Positions 7,588 to 17,047 of a DNA stretch of 64,000 nt are shown piece after piece (the first letter of the stretch is position 1; each line of letters starts with the position of its first letter). The DNA lies in NCBI GenBank assembly GCA_963781585.1, contig CAWAGQ010000006.1:352001-416000 (forward strand), in the 5' to 3' direction. The notes below the pieces were generated by a model. It was given only the letters and a program-made list of their open reading frames with translations. It had not been told where the DNA came from and did no database searches. This DNA comes from an uncultured Gemmatimonadaceae bacterium. GTDB lineage: Bacteria > Gemmatimonadota > Gemmatimonadetes > Gemmatimonadales > Gemmatimonadaceae. Position numbers and translations under genes: made by a program.

Positions 7588-9986
7588 GCGTCGATATCAA
7601 GGCGGCCAGCGCGGCGATGCTCGACGCCGCGCGTGGCGTCGTCGGAGGAGCGGACTTCCCGAAGGTCCGGGGATGCGTGCGGAAAACCCTGGCGGGCGAA
7701 AAGGCGTTTCTGGTGCGGGTCGCGAACGCGCGCCTCGACGGGGAGATCGACGACGATGTTCTGGCGCAGCAGCTGCAGGACGAGCGCTCGACGCTGGAAG
7801 CGGCGCTGCGCGTTTGCCTGGCTCTCACGAAGGAGCTGGCGCGCGACGTCGCCAACGCCGCGGTTGACGTTTTCGGTGCGGCGGTGGCCGACGCGTTGCG
7901 GGCGCTGGCGGTTCCGCGCGCCGGCAAACGGCGGGCCGGGCGCGCGGCGGCGGGGAAGCGCGGCACGCGTGCCGCCGCGCGCCGCGCGGCCCCGCGCCTT
8001 GCCGCCAAGGACCGGCGCCTCACCGCGCGACCCGATACGGTGGACTTCCGCGACCTGATGTACGTTCCGACACTCGTCGAGGTAGGGACGCGCATCCCGC
8101 TGGACGACTACCGGAAGGCCGGCGCGCCGATTCTCGATCAGGGGCAGGAAGGGGCGTGCACCGGGTACGGCCTCGCCACTGTGGCGCACTACCTGCTCCG
8201 CACGCGCCGCGTGGTACCCGACGCCACGACCATCAGCCCGCGCATGTTGTACGTGATGGCTCGCCGCTACGATGAATGGCCGGGTGAGGATTACGAGGGG
8301 TCGAGCTGTCGGGGGGCGATGAAGGGGTGGCACAAGCACGGGGTGTGCGCGGGGGATCTCTGGGTGCACGATCCCGGCCACCCCGACGCGACGCTCGACC
8401 AGAAGCGGTCGCTCGATGCCCAGCAGCGCCCGTTAGGCGCCTACTTCCGCGTCAACCACAAGGACCTGGTGGCGATGCACGCGGCCATCAGCGAGGTGGG
8501 CGTGCTGTACGCCAGCGCGAGCGTGCACTCCGGCTGGGACGACGTGGGCAAGGACGGCATCATTCCATTCGGCGACAAGGTGAAGATGCTGGGAGGGCAC
8601 GCGTTCGCGATCGTGGCATATGATGAGCACGGGTACTGGATCCAGAATTCGTGGGGGAAGGGGTGGGGGAGGCAGGGATTCGGCAGGATTGCCTACGAGG
8701 ACTGGATGCAGAACGGCACCGATGTGTGGGTGGCCAGGCTCGGCGTACCGATCGCGCAGACGGCGCAACGGGCGGCAACCGCGGCGGCATTCAGCGTCTC
8801 GTCGCGGGCCAAGGCGTACGCGTACGACGAAGTGCGGCCGCACGTCGTGAGTCTGGGCAACGACGGACAGCTGCGGGCCAATGGGAACATCGGGACCACA
8901 CCCTCGCAGGTGCGACAGATCTGTCGCGAGGATTTTCCGAGGATCACGGCGGGGTGGGCGAAACGCCGGCTGGTGCTGTACGCACACGGCGGGCTCGTCT
9001 CCGAAGATGCCGCCGTGCAACGCGTGGGCGACTACCGGAAAGCCATGCTCGAGGCCCAGTGCTACCCGCTGGCGTTCGTCTGGCACAGCGACTACTGGAG
9101 CACGCTCACCGACATGCTGACCGAGGCGCTGCGGCTGCGAAAGCCCGAAGGCGCGATCTCCAGCACCAAGGATTTCATGCTGGACCGCTTCGACGATGCG
9201 CTGGAGCCGCTGGCCCGGAAGCTGACCGGGAAGGCCTCCTGGGACGAGATGAAGGAGAACGCGATGACTGCCACGCGGTCGGCCAGCGGCGGTGCGCGGC
9301 TGGTGCTCGACGAAGTGGCGCGGATGGTCGCGTCCGATCCGGCGATCGAACTCCACCTGGTGGGGCACAGCGCCGGCTCGATCTTCCACGGGCCGCTGGT
9401 CCGCCGGCTCACCGATCCAGTCGGAGCGGGCGGGCTGGGGCTCTCGGTGCAGAGTTGCACGCTCTGGGCTCCGGCGTGCACCATGGCGCTGTTCGAGGAG
9501 GCCTATGCGCCGGCCATCCAGGAGGGACGCATCCGCGATTTCGCCATCTATACGCTGACCGACACGGCCGAACGCGACGACAACTGCGCCCGCGTCTACA
9601 ACAAGTCGCTGCTCTACCTGGTCTCGAATGCGTTCGAGAAACGACCCCACATTCCGATCCTCCGACCCGACGGTGAGCCGCTGCTGGGGATGGCGCGGTT
9701 CGTGGATCAGAGCCCGGTGATGAAGTCGCTGCTCCGGAATGGGCGGGTGGACTGGGTGCGGGCACCTAACGACTTGCCGGTCACCGATCGCGGTGCGTCG
9801 GCGGCGCACTCGCACGGGGGCTTCGATGATGACGGACCGACGGTGAAGTCGACCCTGGCGAGAATCTGCGGCGACGGCAAGCGGGTGCAGGATGCCCGGG
9901 GGAAGCTGGTATTCCGCCCGGGGTCCGGTCACATCCGGAGCCGGCGCGCGGAGCTCGATAGTGCCGATCGGGGCACCTCCAGATGA
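7584..9986 (+). CDS. Papain-like (C1) cysteine peptidase fused to a C-terminal alpha/beta-hydrolase domain, with an extra N-terminal helical domain
   Basis: C1 motifs DQGQEGACTGY (Gln, Cys), GGHAFAIV (His), IQNSWG (Asn). Hydrolase motifs LYAHGGL, HLVGHSAGS (GxSxG), D in ERDD, HGGFDDD. GTGA overlap with the upstream gene. Confidence 0.85.
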   Translation: MSVDIKAASAAMLDAARGVVGGADFPKVRGCVRKTLAGEKAFLVRVANARLDGEIDDDVLAQQLQDERSTLEAALRVCLALTKELARDVANAAVDVFGAAVADALRALAVPRAGKRRAGRAAAGKRGTRAAARRAAPRLAAKDRRLTARPDTVDFRDLMYVPTLVEVGTRIPLDDYRKAGAPILDQGQEGACTGYGLATVAHYLLRTRRVVPDATTISPRMLYVMARRYDEWPGEDYEGSSCRGAMKGWHKHGVCAGDLWVHDPGHPDATLDQKRSLDAQQRPLGAYFRVNHKDLVAMHAAISEVGVLYASASVHSGWDDVGKDGIIPFGDKVKMLGGHAFAIVAYDEHGYWIQNSWGKGWGRQGFGRIAYEDWMQNGTDVWVARLGVPIAQTAQRAATAAAFSVSSRAKAYAYDEVRPHVVSLGNDGQLRANGNIGTTPSQVRQICREDFPRITAGWAKRRLVLYAHGGLVSEDAAVQRVGDYRKAMLEAQCYPLAFVWHSDYWSTLTDMLTEALRLRKPEGAISSTKDFMLDRFDDALEPLARKLTGKASWDEMKENAMTATRSASGGARLVLDEVARMVASDPAIELHLVGHSAGSIFHGPLVRRLTDPVGAGGLGLSVQSCTLWAPACTMALFEEAYAPAIQEGRIRDFAIYTLTDTAERDDNCARVYNKSLLYLVSNAFEKRPHIPILRPDGEPLLGMARFVDQSPVMKSLLRNGRVDWVRAPNDLPVTDRGASAAHSHGGFDDDGPTVKSTLARICGDGKRVQDARGKLVFRPGSGHIRSRRAELDSADRGTSR

Positions 9987-10089
9987 GCGCGTAGGCAGCA
10001 CCAACGGGACGGCCGGACGCAGTGGCCTGCGACCGCCGTCGTCCCGAGGATGCGCTTGCCAGCGCTGAGGGGTGGTGGCACTTTCGGGC

Positions 10090-10548
10090 GTGAGCACGAC
10101 GTACATCAGTCGGCGCGTCAACGCGCCCCGCGCGAGCGTCTATCGGGCCCTGCTCGATGCGCAGGCGGTCGCAACGTGGATGGTGCCGGTCGGCATGACC
10201 AGCCAGGTGCACGAGTTCGACGCGCGCGAAGGCGGTGCGTTCCGGATCTCGCTCACCTACGATTCGCCGACCGGGACCGGCAAGACCAGTGAGCTGATCG
10301 ATACGTACCACGGCCGCTTCCTGCGGCTGGTGCCGAACCAGACGGTAGTCGAAGTGATGGAGTTCGAGACGAAGGATCCCGCACTGCGCGGGGAGATGAC
10401 GATCACCATCACGCTGGCCGAGGCGGGCGACGGCACCGAGATCCTTGCGGTACACGAGGGGGTTCCGCGCGGCGTGTCACCGGCCGACAACGAGACCGGG
10501 TGGCGGATGTCGCTCGACAAGCTCGCCGCGCTCGTCGAGGCCGACTAG
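10090..10548 (+). CDS. SRPBCC/AHSA1 family protein
   Basis: ISRRVNAPRASVYRALLD...WMVP...FDAREGG...NETGWRMSLDKLAALVE is a typical AHSA1 pattern. Confidence 0.9.
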   Translation: MSTTYISRRVNAPRASVYRALLDAQAVATWMVPVGMTSQVHEFDAREGGAFRISLTYDSPTGTGKTSELIDTYHGRFLRLVPNQTVVEVMEFETKDPALRGEMTITITLAEAGDGTEILAVHEGVPRGVSPADNETGWRMSLDKLAALVEAD

Positions 10549-10935
10549 ATGCCGCAACGGAGCAGCGATGAGCCTCGGCCGTGCCGCACCAGCCGGCACC
10601 GATCCATCCGTGAATCGGGATGCGCGACGTCTGGCGCCCTATCCCATCCCGTTTTTCCAGTAGTACTGAGCCGTTTGTCGCTTGTCCTGAGAGCACAATG
10701 TGCGCTGCTGCGGCGTCATCTGAAGGAAGAACGGACACGCAGGTCCGAAACCGCAGTAGCACTCGGACAACAGAACCCGCTCCGTCTCAGGCGCGGAGCC
10801 TCGAGGACCATGCAGGCCCTCCGGGTTGGTCGACGACCGTGGTGTGACGAACATTGAGACACCCCTCGGAGGGATTGAGGCGCCGAATACGGGAACTCAC
10901 AAAGCCGACGGAACTTGGCGCGACGCGCGCGGTTC

Positions 10936-11385
10936 CTACGGCTTCTGGGCCAACGAGCGCAAGTAGTCGATCACCGTCCAGCGATCTTGATCCTTCATCG
11001 AGTTTCGGGTGCTTGGCATGTCGCCCCGTCCCTCGGTGATCTTCCAGAACAGCGCACCGTCGGACTGTGACTGCACTGCTTCGGAGGACAGGTTGGCAGG
11101 CTTCTTCGACAGCGTCGATGCCTGCGTGCCGTCGCCGTGCCCAGCCTTTCCGTGACACATCGTGCAGTTGTTCTGGAATATGCCGCGGCCGCGACGGATA
11201 GCATCGGAAGTCGGCGGCACCGGGTTCGGCCGCGCGGCCGCGCGTTCAGGTGCGGTCCAGCTGGCATCCGACGGCCCCTGCGCCCACGCCGTTGCCGGCA
11301 CGAACGCGAGCGCCGCTATCGCGCCAACCAGCGCCGGCACAGCGGCGCGTACCGCGAAGACCGCGATCCTGCGAATGGCTGACAT
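10936..11385 (-). CDS. Exported monoheme c-type cytochrome
   Basis: Signal peptide ending AWAQ; CTMCHG heme motif; distal Met in GDMP. Confidence 0.9.
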   Translation of the reverse strand: MSAIRRIAVFAVRAAVPALVGAIAALAFVPATAWAQGPSDASWTAPERAAARPNPVPPTSDAIRRGRGIFQNNCTMCHGKAGHGDGTQASTLSKKPANLSSEAVQSQSDGALFWKITEGRGDMPSTRNSMKDQDRWTVIDYLRSLAQKP

Positions 11386-11388
11386 GGA

Positions 11389-13335
11389 TTAGCTCTCCTC
11401 TTTCAGTCGGGACATGGCAACGAGCTGCCCAACGACGTATACGTATGTGCTCCAGACGCAGAGCAGCAGGATGCATATGGTGAGCACCATCGGCAGCGGC
11501 GCACGCGGCGACCAGAGAGCCCTGGGAGCGCTCGCGCTCCAGTCGCGCGCGAGTGCGCCGCCGACCAGCGTCACCTCCACCGCGACGCCCGCCAGATCCT
11601 CCGGCGCCTGCACTTCGGCGCGGAACGTCAGCGCGCCCTTTGCGTCGCCCGGCAGGTTGTCCGGGAACTTCACCGCCGCCGAACCGTCCTTGAGCGTCTG
11701 GTCCTCACCCAGCGACATGAGGCCAAAGGTCCGCTTGACTGAAAAGGCGACGTCGGCCCCCGACACCGCCTGACGGTTCGCCGTTACCCTCGCCACCAGC
11801 ATGTCCTGTCCATCCTCGGTCGATCGCGTCAATTCGATGCGAGCTTTCGCTGCCGCGGACTGAGCGCGTGCCGTCGCCCATGGCGCGAGCGCGACGAGAC
11901 CGCCGGCGATCAGCAGCACGGTCAGCGCCGCCGGCGTCACGCGCGGCCGGAGTCGGGCGCGTGATCTGACGGGTGCGCGAACCGGCTCGCCGGCGTCCTC
12001 CTCGGTCTCCCAGATGGACAGGATGGGGAAGGCGCGGGAAAAGAGCGTGTAGAGCAGCATGAACGCCGCAAACGCGCCCGCCGTGATCGTGCACTCGACA
12101 AGGCTGGGGAAGTAGTGCGGCGTGATCCCTGCCGCTCTCGCCGGAATGAAGGGCGTCTGCATCGTCGGCACGATGATCAGGTAGCGCTTGACCCACATGC
12201 CGATGTTGATGAGCACCGAGGCCGTCATGATCGAGCCCAGCGACCGCCGGCTTGGGAACAGCAGCAGAAGGATGGGAATGAACAGCCCGAACGTCGCCCA
12301 TCCCCAGAACCACGGCCCCACCGTCGCGGTGCCCGCGAGCAGATCGAGAAGTCGCGTGTCCGTTTCCGTGGCGCCGTACCAGCTGGTGAGGTACTCGCTC
12401 AAGGTGAAGTAGCCGTAGAGCAGCGACAACGCGAGCAGAATCTTCGCCAACTTGTGAAAGTGCTCGGGCTGGAGGTAGCGCTCCAGGTGATATGCCCGAC
12501 GGAAGATGACCATTGCGGTGATGATCGCCGCCGTGCCCGAGAAGATCGCGCCGACGACGAAGTACGGCCCGAAGATCGTGCTGTGCCATCCGGGCCGCAG
12601 TGTCATGCCGAACACCCACGAGACGACCGTGTGCACCGACACTGCCACCGGAATGATGATGACGGCCATCGCCCCGAGCGCCCGCGTCAGGCGGCGCCGG
12701 TGTTGCGGCGTCTCGCGATAGCCGAGTGACAGCAGCTCGTAGAAGCGCACCAGCCGGGGCGAGCGACCCCGCTCGCGAGCGTTCCGGGCAAGAATCGGCA
12801 TGTCCGGGATCATCGCGACGTACAGGTAGAGGAAGCTGCCGGTGAGGTACGTGGTGACCGAGAGCAGGTCCCAGAGAATCGGCGACTGCAGACGCCCGAA
12901 CTCGACCAGGTACAGCACCCGATCGGGGCGACCCATGTCGATCACGACCATGCTCGCGCCGACCAGGAGCGCGATGACGGTAATCGCCTCGGCCATCCGT
13001 GTGATCGGCCGCCGCCAGCCGGCATCGGTCACTCGGAGAATCGCGGAGATCAGCGTGCCCGCGTGGCTGATGCCGATGAAGAACACGAAGTTCGTCATGT
13101 ACGTGCCCCACGACACGTAATTCCGCATGTCGGTCACACGGAGGCCGTGCGCGAGCTGGTAGATCCAGGCGACGAACGCGATGCTGCAGACGGCGAGCAG
13201 GCTCCCGATCCACAGTCGCCCGGCCTGAGTAAGCGGAGCGAGGGTCCCCAGCAGGTCGCGCTTGATGTCGTTCGCCTCGGGCCGCTCCGGCAACGTGACC
13301 TCCCCGTACGGGACGGCCACCGGCATCGTTGTCAT
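11389..13335 (-). CDS. NrfD/PsrC-family membrane anchor (quinol-interacting) fused to a C-terminal Ig-like domain and TM helix
   Basis: WGTYMTNFVFFIGISHAGTLISAIL, PITRMAEAIT, DMGRPDR, SPILWD, VHTVVSWVF, GWHSTIFGPYFVVGAIFSG, GMWVKRYLIIVP. ATG 13335 overlaps the upstream stop. Confidence 0.88.
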   Translation of the reverse strand: MTTMPVAVPYGEVTLPERPEANDIKRDLLGTLAPLTQAGRLWIGSLLAVCSIAFVAWIYQLAHGLRVTDMRNYVSWGTYMTNFVFFIGISHAGTLISAILRVTDAGWRRPITRMAEAITVIALLVGASMVVIDMGRPDRVLYLVEFGRLQSPILWDLLSVTTYLTGSFLYLYVAMIPDMPILARNARERGRSPRLVRFYELLSLGYRETPQHRRRLTRALGAMAVIIIPVAVSVHTVVSWVFGMTLRPGWHSTIFGPYFVVGAIFSGTAAIITAMVIFRRAYHLERYLQPEHFHKLAKILLALSLLYGYFTLSEYLTSWYGATETDTRLLDLLAGTATVGPWFWGWATFGLFIPILLLLFPSRRSLGSIMTASVLINIGMWVKRYLIIVPTMQTPFIPARAAGITPHYFPSLVECTITAGAFAAFMLLYTLFSRAFPILSIWETEEDAGEPVRAPVRSRARLRPRVTPAALTVLLIAGGLVALAPWATARAQSAAAKARIELTRSTEDGQDMLVARVTANRQAVSGADVAFSVKRTFGLMSLGEDQTLKDGSAAVKFPDNLPGDAKGALTFRAEVQAPEDLAGVAVEVTLVGGALARDWSASAPRALWSPRAPLPMVLTICILLLCVWSTYVYVVGQLVAMSRLKEES

Positions 13336-14267
13336 CGCTGTTCCGCTCCTCGTGGCAGGTTTCCGTTCTTGGCGCCGGGCTCGCCGGGCGCGGGATATTG
13401 GCGGTTCGTCGGCGGCAGGTAGTAGACACGCGGCTTGGTTCCGAGCTCCTCCATGTAACGGAATCCGCCCCGGTCGCGCAGCAACGTCGAAAGCCGAACC
13501 GTGTCGCCCTTGGAGTTGGTCACGGCGTCCTCGTTCTCGTCGCCATACCAGAGGGCGCCCATGGGGCACTGGCCTGCGCAATGCGGCAGCTTGCCTTCGC
13601 GCGCCATGTCCGCGCAGAAGTCGCACTTCTCGGCAGTGCCCACGCGCCGCGGAAAGCCCCACTCAGGCGAGTACCCGCGCTCGCGTGCCGCCGGTGGCTC
13701 GGCGGGCGGGGCCCAATTGAAGACGCGTACCGAGTAGGGGCACGCCGCCATGCAGAAGCGACACCCAATGCAGCGCTCGTTGTCGATCAGGACGATGCCG
13801 TCCTCCCGCTTGAACGTGGCGCCCACCGGACAGACGCGCGCGCACGGCGGGTCGTCGCAATGGAAGCAGGGGCGCGGGAAGAAATACGGCGCCGCGTCTG
13901 TCGAAGCCTGCATCTTGAATACCCGCAGGTACTCCCGATCGGCGGGAACGAAGTGACTCTTGCTGCATGCTTCGGCACACTTGCCGCAACCGTCACATGC
14001 CGCCAGGTCGATCACCATGAGCCACCGTCGTCCCGGTACCCCGCGCCGCACCTCCGCAGGTGTGGGAATCGCCGGCGCGCCCCTGGGCGTTGCTGCCAAC
14101 ACCAGCTCCCCGTCTGCGGTGAGCGCAAGCGTCGCTGCCGCACCAGGCGTGCCCGCCATCGATGGCGGGCCGCCGCCCCCTGAACGGTTCGTGGAGACCG
14201 CGCCGGCGGCCACTCCGCCCGCGGCCACCAGCCCCGCCCTCAGAAACTCCCGTCGTTGCATCTTCAT
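13332..14267 (-). CDS. Tat-exported 4Fe-4S dicluster protein (NrfC/DmsB family)
   Basis: Tat signal QRREFL; Cys clusters CDGCGKCAEAC, CFHCDDPPCARVCP, CIGCRFCMAACP, KCDFC...CAGQCP; ELGTKPRVYY. Confidence 0.92.
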   Translation of the reverse strand: MKMQRREFLRAGLVAAGGVAAGAVSTNRSGGGGPPSMAGTPGAAATLALTADGELVLAATPRGAPAIPTPAEVRRGVPGRRWLMVIDLAACDGCGKCAEACSKSHFVPADREYLRVFKMQASTDAAPYFFPRPCFHCDDPPCARVCPVGATFKREDGIVLIDNERCIGCRFCMAACPYSVRVFNWAPPAEPPAARERGYSPEWGFPRRVGTAEKCDFCADMAREGKLPHCAGQCPMGALWYGDENEDAVTNSKGDTVRLSTLLRDRGGFRYMEELGTKPRVYYLPPTNRQYPAPGEPGAKNGNLPRGAEQR

Positions 14268-14498
14268 TGGGTGCCTGATGGCCTCCGTGAAATTCCTGGC
14301 ACGTGTCGCGACTCCACCAGCAACGTGACCGTGCGCGCTGGCAGGACCTGCGAGCCTCATGGGCAGGAGCGGTGCCGCGCACCGGCCAGCGCAGCCCGCA
14401 TGGGCTACCTCGATGGCAAGTGACTGCGGGTAAACGCCTTGCACGCTTTCAGGCGCATCAGGCCGAGTGCATATTCCTGCGCTGGCTGCGCGTCCTGA

Positions 14499-14526
14499 TG
14501 AGACACGGTATGTCGCAGTGCGACAT
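14499..14526. promoter_or_regulatory. Candidate operator/upstream activating sequence in the divergent intergenic region
   Basis: TGAGACA-N5-TGTCGCA overlapping a perfect ATGTCGCA-G-TGCGACAT inverted repeat, between the nrfC-like gene and the sensor kinase. Confidence 0.35.
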
Positions 14527-14734
14527 GCGGGGGCCGTCGCGACGTGAGGGCGTCTCCGGCTGCTCGCCGTTGAAGTCGGGCAAGTCCTGTCGTCCTTCGC
14601 CCTACCTGCGCATCATCGTCGCGTAGTTACTCACATCTCAGTCGCGTACGCTAAGCTACTTCTATGGACGATGGGCTCCCCGACTCGATCCCTCGACGGG
14701 AGGTTCGACCGTTGTTGCTGCCGGTCTGCGTCCG

Positions 14735-17047
14735 ATGATCAACGTCAACAAGCTTTTTCCGCGGCTGAGCATCCGAGTCAAGCTCACGATCGCTTTCGCG
14801 CTTGTGGCGCTGGGGCCGCTGGCTGCCGTTTCGATAATCGGAGCTCGGGAAACCGTGGCCCAGATCGAGGCGCGCGCCCACGACACTCTGGCGTACGATC
14901 TCCAGATGGCAGACATGCAGACCACGATGTCCCTGGCCTCGGCGCAGAATCACCTCGACCTGCTCGCCCAGGACGTGCTGGGACCGTTGTTGCGCGAAGG
15001 GACGGTACGCGCGCGCGAGCGCGCTGAGGCCGAGCGGCTTGTGGAGACGCTCCTGTCCTCGGAGCCAGCACTCTATCAGGTCAAGCTGATCGATGCCGAC
15101 GGCGGGTACAGAATGTTCGTGCGTGCGACGGGTCCGGTGCGCACGCCATCTGGCGGCGGGGAGTACTACGCACTGCGAGCCAGTGTGCTGAAGCCGCATG
15201 CACGCCTTCTGTTCGCCGTCGAGGTCGCCGGCCCGGAGTCGCACGGCGTCGCGAGCCCGATGCCTGCTTTGGCGATTCTGCTCCCGATCCACGATCCCAG
15301 CGGCCATGTTCTCGGAGCGGTTGTCGGCGAAGCATACGCATCGGCGCTGTTTTCGCATCTCGACCGCGCCTCACCGGGCTTTGGTGGAGTCACCGGACTC
15401 GTTGACGACGATGGGCACTTTCTCTACCACAGTGTGCGCAAGCGAGACTGGTCAACGCTTTTGGATTCACGACGTCAGGTGCGGGTGCAGGACGACTTCC
15501 CCGGCGCCATTGCGGCGGCCATCATGTCCGGACGCACTGGAACCGTTTATGCGCCCGGCCGCCAGCTCGTCAGCTTCCAGCCGCTGTCGCTCGGCGCGTC
15601 GCTCGGGACGAATCTCTTTCTCTACCGGGTTGCGCCCCTCGCGACTGTGGCTGCCCCCACCAGTTCGTTCCGGCGTTCTGTGCTGCTCGCCGCCGGAATG
15701 GTGGCGCTGCTGGTACTTGGCGTCGCGATACTGGCCGCCGACGAATTCACGAAGCCCATCATCCGCATTCGCGATGCGACTTGGCGACTGGCGCGCGACG
15801 AGCCAGTGCAGCCGCTGGACGTCACCACGAACGACGAGCTCGAGGACCTGGCGCGCGACTTCGCGCTGGTCGCCGGGCAGGTCGCGTTGCATCGGGCGCA
15901 GCGCGAGACCTTCATTGCGGAGCGGACGCGTGTTCTCGAGCAAACGCACGCCGAGCTCACGGATATCCTCGAGCACTCTGCTGACGGCATCGTCGGCGTG
16001 GATCCGACCGGTGTGGTGCGGATCTGGAACCACGGCGCCGAACGCCTGTTCGGCCACCCGAGTGCAGAGGCGGTCGGGGCGCAAATCGACTTGATCCTCC
16101 CTCCCGCCGACGACTGCGCGGCACGAGAGCGCGCCGCACTGCGCCGCGAAGTTCAGCGCGAGGGCGCTGTCGTGAATTTCCTCACCGAAGTCCTCGCCAG
16201 GGACGGCACGCCGATCCACATCACGCTCACCGAGACGCTTATCACGGGGTCGGATGGCCGTCCGCTCGGGTCCTCGCTCATCATCCGCGACAACCGCATC
16301 CAGTCCCGCGTCGAAGATCAGATGCGTCGCTCGGAGCGGCTCGCCGCCATCAGCGTGATGGCGGCCGGCCTCGCACACGAGATCAACAATCCGCTGGCGA
16401 TCCTCGGCAATCGCATCGAGTGCATGCAGCGCGAAGGCCGCGACCGCCACGGCGATCCGTCGCTCGCCGCCGACCTTGACGTGCTGCAGCAGCACGTGTT
16501 CCGTCTTAGGGAGCTGACGTCGAGCCTCCTGCGTTTCGCGCGTGATGACCAGCGTGAGGCCGGTCCGATCGACCTCAGAGCGCTGGCCGAGGGCGTCGTG
16601 GTCCTGTTGGGTCGCCTGTTTGCAACGCGCCGTGTCGAACTGCGGCTGATGCTCGACGCGGCAGTTCCTGTGCCCGTGGGCTATGAAAAGGCCATCGAGA
16701 CGGTCATCGTCAACCTCCTGCTCAATGCTGCTGATGCGACGCCGCCAGGTGGGGTGGTTACGCTTGGCATCCGGCCGAGCCCGGATGGCGGTGCAGACGA
16801 AATCGAGGTGTGTGACTCCGGTCCCGGCATTCCGGCCGGCCTGCGCGAGCGCGTCTTCGAGCCATTCTTCACCACCAAGGAGGTCGGTCACGGGACCGGC
16901 CTCGGTCTCACCGTCTGTCGCACCATAGTCGACCGACACGGAGGGTCGATCAGAATCCATGAACGACCGGGCGGCGGATGTCGGTTCGTCGTCACGCTAC
17001 CCCTGCAGCCCACCGGTGCAGCATGGAAAGAGCACGCATACTCGTGA
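14735..17047 (+). CDS. Sensor histidine kinase (TM, Cache-like, TM, HAMP, PAS, HisKA, HATPase)
   Basis: H-box GLAHEINNPL, N-box VNLLLNAADA, DSGPGI, FEPFFTTK, GTGLGL; PAS WNHGAERLFG. Confidence 0.93.
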   Translation: MINVNKLFPRLSIRVKLTIAFALVALGPLAAVSIIGARETVAQIEARAHDTLAYDLQMADMQTTMSLASAQNHLDLLAQDVLGPLLREGTVRARERAEAERLVETLLSSEPALYQVKLIDADGGYRMFVRATGPVRTPSGGGEYYALRASVLKPHARLLFAVEVAGPESHGVASPMPALAILLPIHDPSGHVLGAVVGEAYASALFSHLDRASPGFGGVTGLVDDDGHFLYHSVRKRDWSTLLDSRRQVRVQDDFPGAIAAAIMSGRTGTVYAPGRQLVSFQPLSLGASLGTNLFLYRVAPLATVAAPTSSFRRSVLLAAGMVALLVLGVAILAADEFTKPIIRIRDATWRLARDEPVQPLDVTTNDELEDLARDFALVAGQVALHRAQRETFIAERTRVLEQTHAELTDILEHSADGIVGVDPTGVVRIWNHGAERLFGHPSAEAVGAQIDLILPPADDCAARERAALRREVQREGAVVNFLTEVLARDGTPIHITLTETLITGSDGRPLGSSLIIRDNRIQSRVEDQMRRSERLAAISVMAAGLAHEINNPLAILGNRIECMQREGRDRHGDPSLAADLDVLQQHVFRLRELTSSLLRFARDDQREAGPIDLRALAEGVVVLLGRLFATRRVELRLMLDAAVPVPVGYEKAIETVIVNLLLNAADATPPGGVVTLGIRPSPDGGADEIEVCDSGPGIPAGLRERVFEPFFTTKEVGHGTGLGLTVCRTIVDRHGGSIRIHERPGGGCRFVVTLPLQPTGAAWKEHAYS

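Noticed and set aside
10549..10935. Short ORFs and possible ncRNA in the intergenic gap
   Set aside because: No family motif, RBS or convincing fold.
14296..14312. CTGGCACG resembling a sigma54 -24 box
   Set aside because: No TTGC at -12 spacing and wrong strand for the nrfC-like operon.
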